Assembly (NCBI GenBank): GCA_020891255.1
Contig: BQFW01000005.1
Span: forward strand, 558,001-622,000
Length of the DNA: 64,000 nucleotides
From: Entomortierella parvispora E1425
Taxonomy: Eukaryota; Fungi; Mortierellomycota
Direction of reading: 5' to 3'
Position numbers and translations under genes: made by a program. Below the pieces are notes generated by a model, which had not been told where the DNA came from, did not search any database, and saw nothing but the letters and a program-made list of their open reading frames with translations. The stretch's first letter is position 1, and each line of letters opens with the position of its first letter. Shown one piece after another: positions 24,216-37,967 of this stretch.

Positions 24216-26028
24216 ATGATTTATGAGAAGCAGGATATCGACGCTTCGGAGATCCCCATCCATGATGAGAAGATGGAGGTCGCTGCTATCGACCTCTTGA
24301 CCGACCATGAGAAAGAGCTCCTTGAGTTGGAGATGCGCCTCAACGCAGAGTTGGATGCCAAGCTCATGGCGAACCCCAACAAGATGCCCAAGGCCGTCTA
24401 CTTCATCTTGCCCAACGAGTTTGGTGAGCGCTTCTGTTACTATGGTGTTCAGCCCAACTTGAACAAGTACTTCCGTGCCGTCACCGGAATGTCTGTCGTC
24501 GACGCCAAGGTCTTCTCCACCGCCTTCACTATGTTGGCTTACTTCTTCCCTTTGATCGGTGCTGCTCTTTCTGATTCTTTCCTCGGAAAATGGTACGTTT
24601 TTTTTTGTACCTGGAAAAAATGAAATCATATCCACTGAACCGAGTTTTTTCAAACGCTAAATGTTCTCGGTACTCTTTCTTGCCTGCAGGTGGACCATCA
24701 TCTCCTTCTCGGTTATCTACATGATCGGTATGATCATGGTCACCGTCTTTGCCATTCCCAACTTGCTCGGACCCCTCGGAACCGTCTCCAACTTTGTCAC
24801 CTTCTTGCCCATGTTGATTATCGCCATCGGTACCGGTGGTATCAAGCCCTGTGTCTCCTCCCACGGTGGTGACCAGTACTTGCCTGCTCAGGAGGCCGGA
24901 AAGGACTTCTTCTTCAACGTCTTCTACGTCGCCATTAACATCGGTGGTCTCTTGACCCAATTCATTGTCCCCGAGTTGACCAAGCTTCACTGCTATGGCC
25001 AAGATAAGTGCTATGCTGGCGCCTTCCTTCTCCCCACCTTGGTCTTCATCATTTCCTTGGCCGTCTTCGCTGCTGGTCACCGTTTTTACCGTATTGTCCC
25101 TCCCATGGGCGAGTTCTTGCCCCTCAAGGCCGTTCAGGCTACCGTCTTGGCTGCTCGTCGTCACTACGTCGCTACCCCCGAGGAGCGCGCCGCCAAGGGT
25201 CACTGGCTCAACTTTGCCGAAGCTGAGTATGGTGGTGTCTTCGTGGAGGAGGTCCGCGATTTCGGTCTCGTCTTGGTCCCTGTTGTCGTCCCCATGGCTT
25301 TCTGCTGGATGTTATACAACCAAAACTCGAACGAGTGGTCCAACCAGTACTACTACATGAACGGTGCCATCTTTGGCGGTCATGACCCCACCAAGAGTTA
25401 CGTCCAGTCTGCCCAGTTCGGAATTATCAACACCATCTTGATTATCTTGATCGTTCCCTTCTTGGCCGCCTTTGTCTACCCCTTCTGCACCCGTCGCGGC
25501 TGGAACTTTAGCCCTCAGCGTCGTATGGCGGCTGGTTTCCTCCTCATCGTCATCTCCTTTGCCGTCTCTGCTGCCTTGGCCCCCATGATCGAGAAGGCTT
25601 TCTTGTCCTCGGGACGTTCCAAGGACGGAGCTGAGAACTACGATGGTACCTACTGCGCCGAGTGCTACTCTGCCTGGTTGCAGTTCCCTCAATGGTTCTT
25701 GTTGTCGCTCGGTGAGGCTCTCATGTCCCCCACCGGTGTCCAGTTCACCTACATTGAGGCCGGTCGCCAGTTCCGCGCTGTCTCCACCTCCTTCTGGTTG
25801 CTGTCGACTTCCCTCGGTTCCATTCTCATCTTGATCTTTGAGCCTGTCTTCACCAACGCTGGCATGTCCGATGGCACCAAGGGCTGGGCTTACTCTGGTA
25901 TCGGTCTCTTTGGCTTCTTCCTCTTCTGCTTGAGCTCCTACTACTACGTTCCCCGCAAGCTTCGCCCCTCCATCAACGAATCCGCTCGCGTTGCCAAGGT
26001 TGCCGAGTACGCTCTTACCAAGTACTAA
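24216..26028 (+). CDS. PTR2: POT/PTR oligopeptide transporter, copy B. Exons 24216-24592, 24690-26028
   Basis: Same motifs as copy A, long identical peptide stretches, and an intron at the identical position (after GK-W). Confidence 0.95.
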
Positions 26029-26318
26029 AGGAGCCTTTTTTTCTTTCATACAATCTCGCATCCGATTGCATTGTACAATAAACCCTAATAAAAAATACTT
26101 CGAAAATAATATTTATTATTGCAGTTTTTTTTATTTATTTATTTGAATTGAGAGCTTGTCCTTCAGTGCTGTCATCACCGTGCCTTGATGAAGATTCCAT
26201 GTGGATTCGGAAAACGTCATTACTGCCTCGCCCTTTTCGTTGTCAGAAAATAGGGCGTAGTTGGGGTTTTCCCAGTTTCCTTTTACATTTATTTGCGACT
26301 ATAACGTGGACTACCAGC

Positions 26319-27993
26319 CTATGGAGGAGGAGGAGGGTTAGATGTGTCAGTGTGAAGGTCCATGAACATGGACGTGGATTGAACAACAGGAACTGTTGAA
26401 GAAGTGGTAGTGTATGTAATATCTTGATGGTGTTGTGCATCTTGATTGTCATGGTAATAGTGGTTGTAGTCGCTGGTAGTGTAAGTCGTATCGACAATGG
26501 CGTTGACATTGGCATGGATATAGGCGACAGGATCGACAGGGGCTTCCTGATCAAAATTGAGGCCGTACTCGTGGTCCATATCCTCCATTTCATCGTCTTG
26601 GCTGTGGCTGCTGTGGTAGTATGTTCCATAGTCATTGTCATCTCCTTCGTCCTCGTAATAGTCTTCTGTTGATTCGGCTTCAGAGACTTCTATTGCCTCC
26701 GAATTTACCTCGACTTCCTTCTCCTCGTCGTTTTCAGACTTGCCATCTTCATCCCCCTCCTCCTCCTCCTCCTCGTCCTCGTCGTCACGGCACCGATCGT
26801 AAATGTATTCATATTGAAGCTGATCCTCTTCTTCGTAATCCTCCTCTTCATAATCCTCCTCCTCATCTCCATCCTCCTCTTCCTCATCGTCCTCATCATC
26901 CTCATCGTCGTCGTCATACGTATATGTATCATATCCAGCTCGCATTCGCTCCTTCTCGGCCTCGTCTCGAATCATATCCATCATCAGCTCGTTAGTCAAG
27001 ATCGGTGTTGACAAGTCATCGCTGTCATCAAGTCAATCCAGAAGGTTCTGCGCATTTTTGAGCAAGACCTGCTTTCGCAGATCCTTTGCCTTTTTTCTCT
27101 TTTTTCTCCTTGGGGCACTAATGGCAGAAAAAAAAAGGTGTCCAAAAGCTGGAGTAATTAGGGAACATGAGCATGGTCTCATGGCCAAAGACAGGAGTCA
27201 TCACTTACGGTGGCGGCTGACTGCCGTTCAAGGATTGTCTTCTCTTGGCCCGATCCCGTTCCAGTCGACGTTCTCGTGCCTCTTGCTCTAGGGCTTCTCG
27301 ATCTGAGAGTGGGGCGATCGCCGGCGCAGGTGCGATGGGCAAGAGGCCACCGTGTTCGCCGGTGCCGTGGCGTCCTTGATAATAGTCAACGACATGACGG
27401 TGATGGCGGTGGCCGAATCGACTCTTACGACGGATGTGCTCATCGCTTTCGTCGTCGTCTCCAGAACCACCCTTAGAAGCCTCGTTGTCTAGTGGATCGT
27501 CGTCATCTGCGTATTCTCCACCGTCCCCACCACCAGTACCCCCGATGCCGCCCATCATTTCGACGTCTTCATCCTGACTGTCGTCGTCATCGGAAGAGTG
27601 TGAGGAAGAAGGGGCAATAGATGAAGAGGACGAGAGGGACCCCCCCGAGGAGGAGGAAGAGGAGGCATAGCCGTCGTTCGAGCTCTCGTCCTCGTGATCG
27701 CTGTAGTCTCTACTAAAGAAACGGCCCAGAGTCAGAGGACGAGCGTTGGCCGTTGCAGCCTCTATGGGAGAAGAGCCAAAGTGGTTCCACTGCTCCATGG
27801 GTTCATCATGAACGGTGGAAGAGGATGCATAGGCAGAGAAGAGTGCCGAGGGGGAAGAAGGAGAGGCCGCATGGTGATGTGGATCATGGAACGTCGCCAC
27901 GGCTGCTGCCTGCAACAAGGAGAAGGAAAAAAGTTTTTTTGCCACGTTAGTGGATCAGTCCTCTTGGGAATCAAAGCTTTTCTCTCTTCGTAT

Positions 27994-28031
<38 letters not shown>

Positions 28032-28152
28032 TTGGCCATACTTCAGACTGTGGCGAGCGATGGGCTCGAGCATGAGGATGGACGTGGCCTTCGTCGGCTA
28101 GGCCGCGTCGATAACGGTCCTTTGTCCCAAAGTCGAGTTTGAACAGCTTCAT
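26319..28152 (-). CDS. Hypothetical acidic, low-complexity protein, about 504 aa. Exons 28042-28152, 27209-27909, 26319-27021
   Basis: Three open segments join in frame through GT-AG sites (total 1515 nt). It has D/E-rich tracts, His runs and a charged helix (REALEQEARERRLERDRAKRR). No recognisable domain. Confidence 0.65.
27995..28026. repeat. (CT)16 microsatellite inside intron 1 of the acidic gene
   Basis: Direct reading. Confidence 0.95.
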
Positions 28153-28611
28153 TGAACAGAGCCCTTCTTGGCTACGGTTGTTATATTGTTGGTGTGTCTC
28201 TCTCTTTCTATGAGTATACCGAGTTCAATGTTTCCAAGGTGAAAGGGAAGGGAAGACGGGTGGTTGGATGCTAGCAAGCGGACAGGGTAGAGAAAGTACG
28301 AGTGAACATGCAAGAAAACGAGTGAAGAGAGAGAGAGAGGGCTGTGTGTTTTTTGGCGGGAAAGAAAGGAGGACCCTTGCACTCCAAACGGCTATCCGCC
28401 CGTGACATGTCTCAGGTCAGGATATATCGATGGACGGCGACTGGGCGCATGAACGCCGTGCGTCCCCTTAACCGCAGTCACGGATCTTCCTTCCTTGCCT
28501 TTGTCCTCCCTTTTCCACATGTCCCATTCGCAACACAAGCTTCTCGTCCAGAACAACACCCTTCATTCACTCGGCCACAAGTAGCAACAGGACCTTACCT
28601 CTCTCATCACA

Positions 28612-29860
28612 ATGTCTGGAATTTGCAGGAGTCGTCTTGCCGAAGAGCGCAAACAATGGAGAAAGGATCACCCATATGTAAGACCTCTTACCTCCATCCG
28701 AGATTATATGTGGCTGCGGTGCCTGGTTCTAAACACCATGCCATTTGCTTGAGATCTCTGATGCCTCAGACCAGCGCCTGCTTTATGGGCCAAACTGGCC
28801 AAAGTGAAAGAGAATTGGCCATGGATGAGGCACAGTCGACGTTGTTGTCATGGTGCAAAGTTGTGATTACCACAAATGGACAGCAGAATCCATGCATGTG
28901 CAATCTACGCCACCATTTTTTTTGTCTCTTGATGATCTCACACTCAGCTTTGTTCATGTCCTCTAGGGCTTCTATGCCAGACCTGAGAAGAAAGCAGACT
29001 CGACACTCGACTTGATGACATGGCAGGTTGGCATTCCTGGAAAGCCCAATGTATGTTGCTGTCATGGACCTGCGGCGAGATGTTTTTTTGGATGACCAAT
29101 GGAGAAATTGAAACATGCTAAATGATGTCGCCTCACTTTGATACTTAGACTCCATGGGAGAATGGCGTTTACAAGCTGAGCATGACTTTCCCTGAGGGTA
29201 TGTATCAGTAGACATGACTTGGAGGAAGACGAGGAGACGATTCTTGAATCTCAACAGGTCAACTTTTGCCGTTGCTAACGCGTCACCTTTGTGTTCATGA
29301 TGTGTGTAGATTACCCCAGCAAACCACCCAAGTGTAACCATTAAGCAGCGAATAGTCGTTGTGGTGCAGGGGCGAGGACATGTCTAACTGGAAATCATCT
29401 TTGAATAGGCAAATTCGTCCCCCCACTCTTTCACCCCAACGTCTACCCCTCAGGAACCGTTTGCTTATCTATCTTGAACGAGGAAGAGGGATGGAAGCCA
29501 GCTATCACCATCAAGCAGGTAGGCCGTACCCTGAAAGAAATCGAGGAAGGGGATGTATATGACTTTATTCAGTGTCTGACAGAAATCTTGGTGGTCTTTT
29601 CCGCTTTTTAGATCTTGTTGGGCATCCAGGATCTCCTTAACGACCCTAACCCAGAGAGTCCGGCTCAATCTGAAGCTTATGTGATGTTCAAGTATGTTGT
29701 ACAATGAAACCTGACTCGGCCCTCGCGAACATTTTGTACTGTTAGTGAATTTAGGGAGCTAATTCCTTGTCTACACGACTTTTTTGCCGGCCAATTTAGG
29801 AAGGACAAGGTCAGCTACGAGAAGCGCGTGCGACAGCAGGCCAAGGAGAATGCCCCCTAG
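28612..29860 (+). CDS. UBC9: SUMO-conjugating enzyme Ubc9, 7 exons
   Basis: [22 protein letters not shown]|GFYARP...WQVGIPGK|[10 protein letters not shown]...YPSKPPKC|[36 protein letters not shown]|[23 protein letters not shown]...[10 protein letters not shown]. Confidence 0.97.
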
Positions 29861-30638
29861 ACGGATGGACCAACCCTGACCAGGATATCAAGGTCCATAA
29901 GAACACATTCCCTACATATCGCCGATAGTTTTATTCGTTTGTTCCCGAATACAATGATGGCTGCATCGTCCTTTATCACCCGTGTTCCGCTACAAGACTA
30001 CAGAGAAAGAGAAAGAGATGGGGGGAGGAAAGTGCATGTGGGAGTATGAACATATGAACATGAGAGAAGCTAGTTGTGTGCTACCCAGAGAACACGAGGG
30101 CATCGGTCAGCAAGCAACGTTGATGATTGCTGGGTCGTCCGCAACAATAACAATATTTGGGCCAAATGACAAATCGAGACGAGCATCGAGTCCAGAAAAG
30201 GAAGTGCACAGTTGCCAGTCTGCCAGTCCAGTCGGTTGGTGGTTTTGCGGCGTTGCAGTGTCCTTGTGCTCATTCTTCTGCAGGTCCGCAGGTCAGGCAC
30301 GCCCAACTTTGTTCTGTTCCTTCTGCCTGACTCGAGCATCCTTCTTTCTTTCTTTTTTTCTTCTTCTTCTTCTTCTTTTTTGCTTCCTTTTCCTCCTCGC
30401 TTCGTTTTATTTCTTGTTCTCTTCAGATTCCCTGACTCATCACCTGCCATTACTCCATTGCTGTTGGCGCTGCTTTATTGACACATTCAAGCAGCCTTTC
30501 AGAGTCGCCATTGGACTGGTGACATTCCCTCTTCCAGAGCAAGCTTACATTCCTCCTCCTTTCCTTTCCTTCTTCAGCAGCTCACTCTCGTCCCTCCCTC
30601 TACCTTTTCTCCTTGAAAGCATTCACCTGTAACCGTCA

Positions 30639-33007
30639 ATGGCCAACAACTCGCACAGGAACGACCGATCTGATCAGCTGTCGTCAGCAGAGCAGGGTCA
30701 AAGTCGGCCTTCGCTCGAGAACGGCGCAGCCGAAGAAACGACATCCCTCCTTGGAGGTCAACGTCGGCCTTCTGCTCATTCCCAGTCCAGTGCAAACCAT
30801 GGCAACGGCAACAACTACAACAACAAGCGTAGTGGAAAGCGAGCCGTGTCTGATCGTACACGCAAAAAGATCATCATCTCGCTGACGACGATCTCTGGGC
30901 TGTTGTTGGTGGCCCTGGGTGCCACCCTGATCCACAAGATCGGGGGAACTCCTGGTAAGTTGGACACTGAGGAGAGGAAGAAGAGTGAGCGTCAGGGAAC
31001 GACGTTGTTCGCTAACATGCCTTTCTCGTTGCTTGTTCGTCGACCTTTAATAGCGGATAGAAATGCGCGCCTGCTGGTCAAGGCCCAGAATGGCGCGGTG
31101 GCTACAGAGGAGATTCATTGTTCAGAGATTGGAGTGCAAGGTAAGGCGTCAGTTGTTGGGGGTAGTGCGGGCGTGGGGAAAAGGACCCTTTTTTTTCTTT
31201 CTTTGTGGCCGTTGCCTGTGGGAATGTTGCATCGTGTGCGCCGATTCCGAGAGAAATTGCGCAATAAACTCTCTTGACGTGCGACCACGGGTCCAATGGA
31301 AATGGATCAGTCACTGACAACCTTTTTGTCTTTTTGATCTTGTCGCTATCGCAGTGCTCAAGGACGGTGGAAACGCAGTCGATGCCGCCATTGCTTCCTG
31401 CCTTTGCATTGGAACTGTCAACATGTTCTCTGCCGGCATTGGTGGCGGTGGCTTCATGACAATTCGACTCCCCAACAGCACCGTCGAAGTAATTGATTTC
31501 AGAGAGACGGCACCAGCGGGAGCTCATCCAAAGATGTACAAGAAGGACCCCGTCCTTGCCCAGACCGGTGGCCTTTCTGTCGGCGTTCCTGGCGAGATTC
31601 GTGGATTGGAGTTGGCTCACAAGCGACATGGAAAACTGCCCTGGCCGAGACTCTTTGCTCCCGCTGTCAAGATGGCGAGAGACGGTTGGGCAGTCGGACC
31701 AGAGTTGGCAAAGCGTTTGCGAATGTACAAAACGATGATGGAGACTGATCCTGAGTGGGCCCAGATTTTCGCACCGAACGGCACCATTCTCTTGGAGGGC
31801 GAGTGGATTAAGAGACAGGCTTTGGCCAATACCTTGGAGACTATTGGCAAGGAAGGATCAGATGCTTTTTACACGGGTCCCATTGCGCAGAGTATGGTGG
31901 ACCACATTCAAAAGAATGGAGGCATCTTGACTATGAAAGATATGAAGGGATACGAGCCATTGCTGAAGGAGCCCATGGTTGGGTATTATCAGGGACGCAA
32001 GGTCTATACCACTCCAGCACCCACTAGTGGACCTGTCTTGATCAGTCTTCTCAACATCTTGGAGCGGTACGATTTGGGCCGTTTCAAGGAAAATGCAGAC
32101 GTCGAGGTCCAACGTCTTGTCGAGGCCATGAAGTGTAAGTCTAGGCGCTATTGTCTATCTGAGATGGTCTGTTTCTACATCCAGTGGAAGTTGGGGATAT
32201 TGATCATTGCTTCTCTTTATTTCTCTCTTTATTTCTCTCTTTCTTTCCTTCTTAGTTGGATATGCTCAAAGAACTGAACTCGGTGATCCCGACTACACGG
32301 ATCTCGCAGCCAAGATTCAAAACATCCTATCCAAAGATACTGCAGGATTGATTCGCGCCAACATCTCGGACGCCCACACTTTCCCTGTTGAGTACTATAA
32401 CCCTCACTGGGGCGCCATTGATAACCATGGAACGACTCACATGTCGACCGTGGACAAAAACGATATGGCGGTCGCACTGACTTCGACTGTGAACTTGGTC
32501 TTTGGGTCCAAGCTCATTGATCCCAAGACTGGCATCATCTTGAACGATGAGATGGACGACTTTTCAATCCCTGGCACTCCTAATGCTTTTGGACTCCAGC
32601 CCTCGCCTTACAACTACCCCGAGCCTGGAAAGCGACCCTTGTCCTCGTGTGTGCCCACAATTGTGGAGAGAGATGGTCAATTTGAGATGGCGCTTGGAGG
32701 CAGTGGTGGATCCAGGATCTTGACCTCGGTGCTGCAGACGATGCTGAATGTGTACAACCATGATTATAACATTATGGAAGCTATTGAGGCTCCAAGGGTG
32801 CACCATCAGCTCATGCCAAACGTGGTTGACATCGAGTCAGGCTATGTAAAGTCCAAAGTGGAGTTCCTTCGCACGAGGGGCCATGACGTGACGGTATCGG
32901 ACATTGCATTGGCCAAGGCAGAGGTCCAAGCGGTGATGCGCGAGAGTGATGGTGCAATCTTTGCAGCCAGTGATTCTCGTAAGCACGGTATGGCGGCTGG
33001 ATACTAG
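30639..33007 (+). CDS. GGT: Gamma-glutamyltranspeptidase with an N-terminal membrane anchor. Exons 30639-30954, 31054-31140, 31355-32134, 32256-33007
   Basis: GAVATEEIHCSEIG, LKDGGNAVDAAIA, SAGIGGGGFM, IDFRETAP, the catalytic HGTTHMSTVD, LNDEMDDFS, PGKRPLSS, GGSGGSRI and SDSRKHG motifs. Confidence 0.95.
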
Positions 33008-34468
33008 CTTCTGTCTTTCAGCATAGCTGTGAACTGTAAGAATAGGCTCAATGTGCGTGTCTGAGCGACATGCTATAATAAATAGATAGAGTAGAAACAG
33101 GTCGTGTTTGCATAGATGTAAAAAGTGAGATGTTGCTATGAACCTACCGAACAGATGGATAACGCGTGTTCAATGGCTCTGGATGTTTTTGAAAGTGGGT
33201 CAACGCGACCCACACGTTACCCACGCGTGCGAGCAATGCTTTCTTTTTATTTACTGATCTTCTTGTGCTTGGCGGCATCATGCACGCACAGCCGTGGGAT
33301 AGTCATGAACGGACAAAATTAAATGCGCGTTTTTGTAGTCGATCGGAGAGGGCGTAAAAGAAAAACAACAACAACAACAGCAAGGGGGGTCGAGAAAAGG
33401 AATGGAAAATGTTCGTTCCTTTGTCTCCCGGGAAGCCATTTTTTTTTCTGTCTCTGACACACACACTTTCTCAATTTTGTTTTTGCATGAATTCTGGGAA
33501 ATGAGGAGGGCTGTTGTAGAATCAAGATCTTCCCAGTACTTGCTTACCCTACCGTACCTTTCCTTACCTCTTTTCTAGACAAAAAGGAAGATGAACTTGT
33601 TTTTAGGCCGAGGAATTTTTTTCTTGCAATCAAACAGAACCATCAGAGCACATGTGCTGGGTTTGGATTTGTTTTTATTTTATTTTTTTTGTCCGGGAAG
33701 AAAGGGACAGGGACCAAGAGAGCAAACAACAATGGCAGGGCAATGATATCACACATGGGGAAAAATAGAAAAAGAAGGGAAGGTGGGAGAGAAAAGACAG
33801 AGCAATTGAAGGTTCTGTTTGAGCCGGCAAGGTGGGACAGACAAATGCAACATGATTGCGTTGTCGTTAAGATGAACGGATTGCGGATGGTGGACGGGTG
33901 TTCGTGGCGTGCGACCAGGAAAGAAAAAGAAAGAAAAAAAAAGATAAGGACGATCGGGAGACTGGGCGTCTCCTTTCCCCTTGGCTGTTTATTTCCCAGT
34001 TCTTGACTTCCTTGTTCACACACCCACATGGACCACAGGGGGGTCCCAATCCACGTTTCCAGTAAACCTGTTCCCAACTGCAAAGTGCTTTCCCGGGACC
34101 ACAGCAAAAGGAAACCGCGGTGGAAAGAAAAAAGGACGGAAAGAAAAGAAAAAGAAAGAATAGATGACCGAAAAATAAAAAGTTTGGAGGACGCGTGCCG
34201 TGTCCCCGCGAATGAAGCGAACGAGCGAAGGGGTCACGAAAGGAAAAGACCAAGAAACCAGTTCCAATGTCACATTGTTTCTTTTTCTTCTCTTTCTTCA
34301 TTGTCATTCCAGCCGATCCATCTCTTCCCCTTCTCTCTCCCCCTTTCCTCTTCTCTTCTTAATAGCTTTCCTTTAACCTTTTTCTTTATCAGGACCACAC
34401 GCGGTTCAAAGAGAGAAAACTACTTTTTTTTTACTACTACTTCCTTCATCAACCCACCCCAGAGTGGC

Positions 34469-37400
34469 ATGGACAAACCCATCAATGGCGACAAGTATGT
34501 CCGCACCTTGTCCCATTACCTTCGCACCAACCAGCGCCGCCTCCTCCCCGTCAGCGCTCTAGAGCAACAACAGCAAGGAGGCAGTGTCCGCGGCAGTCCT
34601 CTCAGGAACAACCACCAGGACAGCTCCACCAGCGGCAGCGGCAGCAGCGGCGCCCGATCGTTCGTCACACCCAGTGACCCCATGGCCGCCGCCTACTCGG
34701 GGATGGTCAACTCTCTCTGGTCGATGGGTACCGCAGTCGTCAACACGATCACGCCAACCGTGGACAGTCGGTCCTCTTCACCGGGCCAGGATGGATACAC
34801 TGGATCTTGGGACGGCACCGGAACGATCCCCGTGGCGACCAACCCTCAACTGTACCTTCAAGCCCAACTCAAGTCGCCCATCTTCCCCTTGGATCTGTAT
34901 TACCTTCTTTATCTGTTGGATCGATTCGAACAGGTCGGCATCGAGATTGAAGGTTGGGATGGTAGTACGCCCAGAGCTGTCGGAGACTCGAATCCAAGGA
35001 CGTTGAATCATCATAACGGCAACGGCAACGGCAACGGCAACAACAACAACAACAGTGGCATGGGTAGCCACCCTGGCTCTCCAGTGATGCCCAACTCTTC
35101 CTCCTATTCTTCCTTTCCTCCACCAACCGCCACAGGATCCTCTACTCGACCTCAATCGATTCGGTCATTTTCGTCCACGGCCCTTTCGACGCTGACGCTG
35201 ATCACGGGATGGAAGCAATGGTCCAACGCTGCGGCCTCGACCCCTCCAGTGACCATCACGGACGATATTCATTTTGTGCACTCATTTTTGAAAAAGATTC
35301 CAGGACTTCGGCTCGTGGCCAAGATCCCTCCTGGCTTCAACACCTCTCAGGCTCCAGGAATGCTTTCAGTGGCAGGAAATGGAGGTAAAGGGAAAATCGA
35401 AGGCTATGGAGGCGAAGCCATTCTCCAGCTGTTGAACTATGGACAATCGCATGAATTGGGTCAGGAACAACCTTTGCTCTTGCCTCTGGCCGCCACGTTC
35501 TCGTCCTTGACACATCTGGAACTGCACAAGATCCCGCCTCAGTCGATGGACGGGTGGGAGAAACTCATGACCAAACTCAGGTCCTTGGTGATTGCTCAGT
35601 CGGGGATCGAGGATGTGTACGATGTGTTGGTCACGGCGGTGGTCGAGAGCGAACGCCGTCGCAGGATTCGAACCGTCAAGGAAAAACATAGGGCACAGTT
35701 GATTCGACAGGAACAGAGGGAGGCTCTCAAGGACGCGACCTTGGTCTCTCAGGGCCGTCGGGCTCAACGGCTTCAGCAACAGCAACAATTGGCGGGATCC
35801 TCGACCGGGTCTTTGGCGAGTGCTGGATCAGGTTCCCCTGGTAGCTCTGTCCCTTCTTCGCCGTCCTTGTCGTTATCGGGCGCGGAGGAGGATCGGGATT
35901 GGACCACGGTCGAGGACAATGTGATCCTCGATTCTCTCAAGATGTGGCCTCAGCTCCGACATGTCTCCTTTTCGGACAACAGTCTGCCGGCGTTGACCTC
36001 TTCAGAGTCGTTCCAGTATACACCCGAGGTCGTGAACTTGGATCTGTCCCATAACTTGTTGCTTTCCCCGCCTGCCGGCTTGATTCATCTCCACAACTTG
36101 CAGAGCCTGAACCTGTCCCACAACATGATCGTGGGTGTCCATACCATCTATCAGGTCTTGGGCAACATTGCCGTCCTGGACTTGAGAGGTAACCGTCTGG
36201 AGAGTCTCTGTGGACTGGAGAGATTGTGGAATCTGGAAAAGGTCGATGTCCGAGAGAATCAACTCAAGGAAGCCGCCGAAGTCGGACGGTTGGCGGCTCT
36301 GCCAGGCATTCGAGAGGTTTGGTCCGAGAAGAACCCTTTCTGCGCGACTCAGGTAAGACGATTTCTGTCCTTTTCGTCCCTTTTTTTTTTTTTTTTTTTT
36401 TTTTTTCATTCTTCCTTTCTTCCTTTCTTTTATTGACTAACAAAAACAACTCTTTGTCACTTTCTAGCCAAAGTACAGACTCGAAATCTTGGCAGTGTTC
36501 AAGGCGAATGGCCACGATCTGTTGCTGGACGGGATGTTTGCGTCCTTTACCGAGAAGCGCACCCTGGTGCAGATGAGCCCCAGCGCGTTCTCGACCACGA
36601 TCTCCAGTATCAACAATGTCAACTTGGCCCATATACCCGCGGCCACTGCGCCCACCGCGACTTTTGCAAAGGGTCTTTCCGCCTCTGGATTCGTCCCTGC
36701 TACCTCCCCTTCTGCCGCGGCGTCTTCGACCTCCATGTCGCCGTCCCAGGCCACGGGTTCTAACCCGTCCGAGAGTCAACTCAGGGGCGCCAGCGACGTG
36801 AACGGACGTGGCAAGGACAACAGTTTTGGTTATAATAACAACAACAGCAGCAACAACAACCCGTCCAGTCCTCGTCAGAGCAAGGATGAACCGCTCAAGG
36901 CGGCGCTGTCACCCAAGGCGCCGCCTGTGACCAAACTCGTCAAGAAGAAACTGGTCAAGGCCTCGAAGCGGGTACAGAGGGTCGTGAACTTGGACAGCGA
37001 TCACGAGGAAGACGAAGACCGCGACTCGGAGGACGGTGGCGGCGGTCATGACGATTATTACAACGCGACCAAGAAATCCAGTCATGTCGATAGCAGTATC
37101 TTGGGATCTCCTGTTCAGGTCAGCGATCTCAAGCCAAAGAAGAAGGTTGTCAAAAAGACAAAGGCGGTCGCCACAGAAGGACAAGAGGCCGGCGTGGACG
37201 CGACTGGGGGGGAGGCTTTGGTCGAGACAAAGAAGAAAAAGAAGAAAGAGGGTACCGGTCTCAAGAAGAAAAAGAAGGCCGCCGATGTGACCTTTGGAGA
37301 TTCTACAACAACAGCAGCCACAGAGGGCGGAGACGATGATGTGGACCACGCCAATTGTAAAGACGGTCAACACGTTCATGTCCATCGACTGGCCCAGTTG

Positions 37401-37724
37401 GAGGAATCCATGGCCCACCTCCAAGTCAACAACAACGAGGAGAGTGACTCACATCACCACCCACACGCCCGGAGTCATCGCCCTCACGACGACCATCATA
37501 ACCTTCACGTCCACCATGGACTTCATCACGGGCGCGCTGCGTCGCCCCTGGGACTGATGCACTCGTCTTCAGACGAAGCTGGTAGTGGAGCAGAGAATTA
37601 CCGACGCAAGATCGAGGCCATGCGCAATGAGGCTGGCAGCAATTGGCTCAAGGTCCTGGCCGAAATGGACTCGTCCTCCAATACCACGACTACGACTACT
37701 CAGCGGAATCCACCTTCAGAATAA
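34469..37724 (+). CDS. Leucine-rich-repeat protein (STK11IP/nischarin-like). Exons 34469-36352, 36468-37724
   Basis: SDS22-type LRRs (LDLSHNLL, LNLSHNMI, LDLRGNRLESLCGLERLWNLEKVDVRENQL), N-terminal GDKYVRTLSHYLRTNQ, and a C-terminal YRRKIEAMRNEAGSNWLKVL helix. Confidence 0.8.
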
Positions 37725-37967
37725 GGGACATGATGATTCGATTCCTTCCTCCAACAAAGAAAATTGTCATCATATTGTACAAAGAACCCCAAACCTCTCC
37801 ACTTTCCCAAAAAAAACGACAGCACGTTCGACAAGGACAGATGAAACAAAATAATACGGTATTTCTATGCTACATTTTTGATGTACAAAGGGTGTATAAA
37901 CATCTGGTGTGTGTTGAGTTTGGCGCAGGTCGCCAAAAAAAAAAGAACGTCTTTGGGTGGACAAAAC

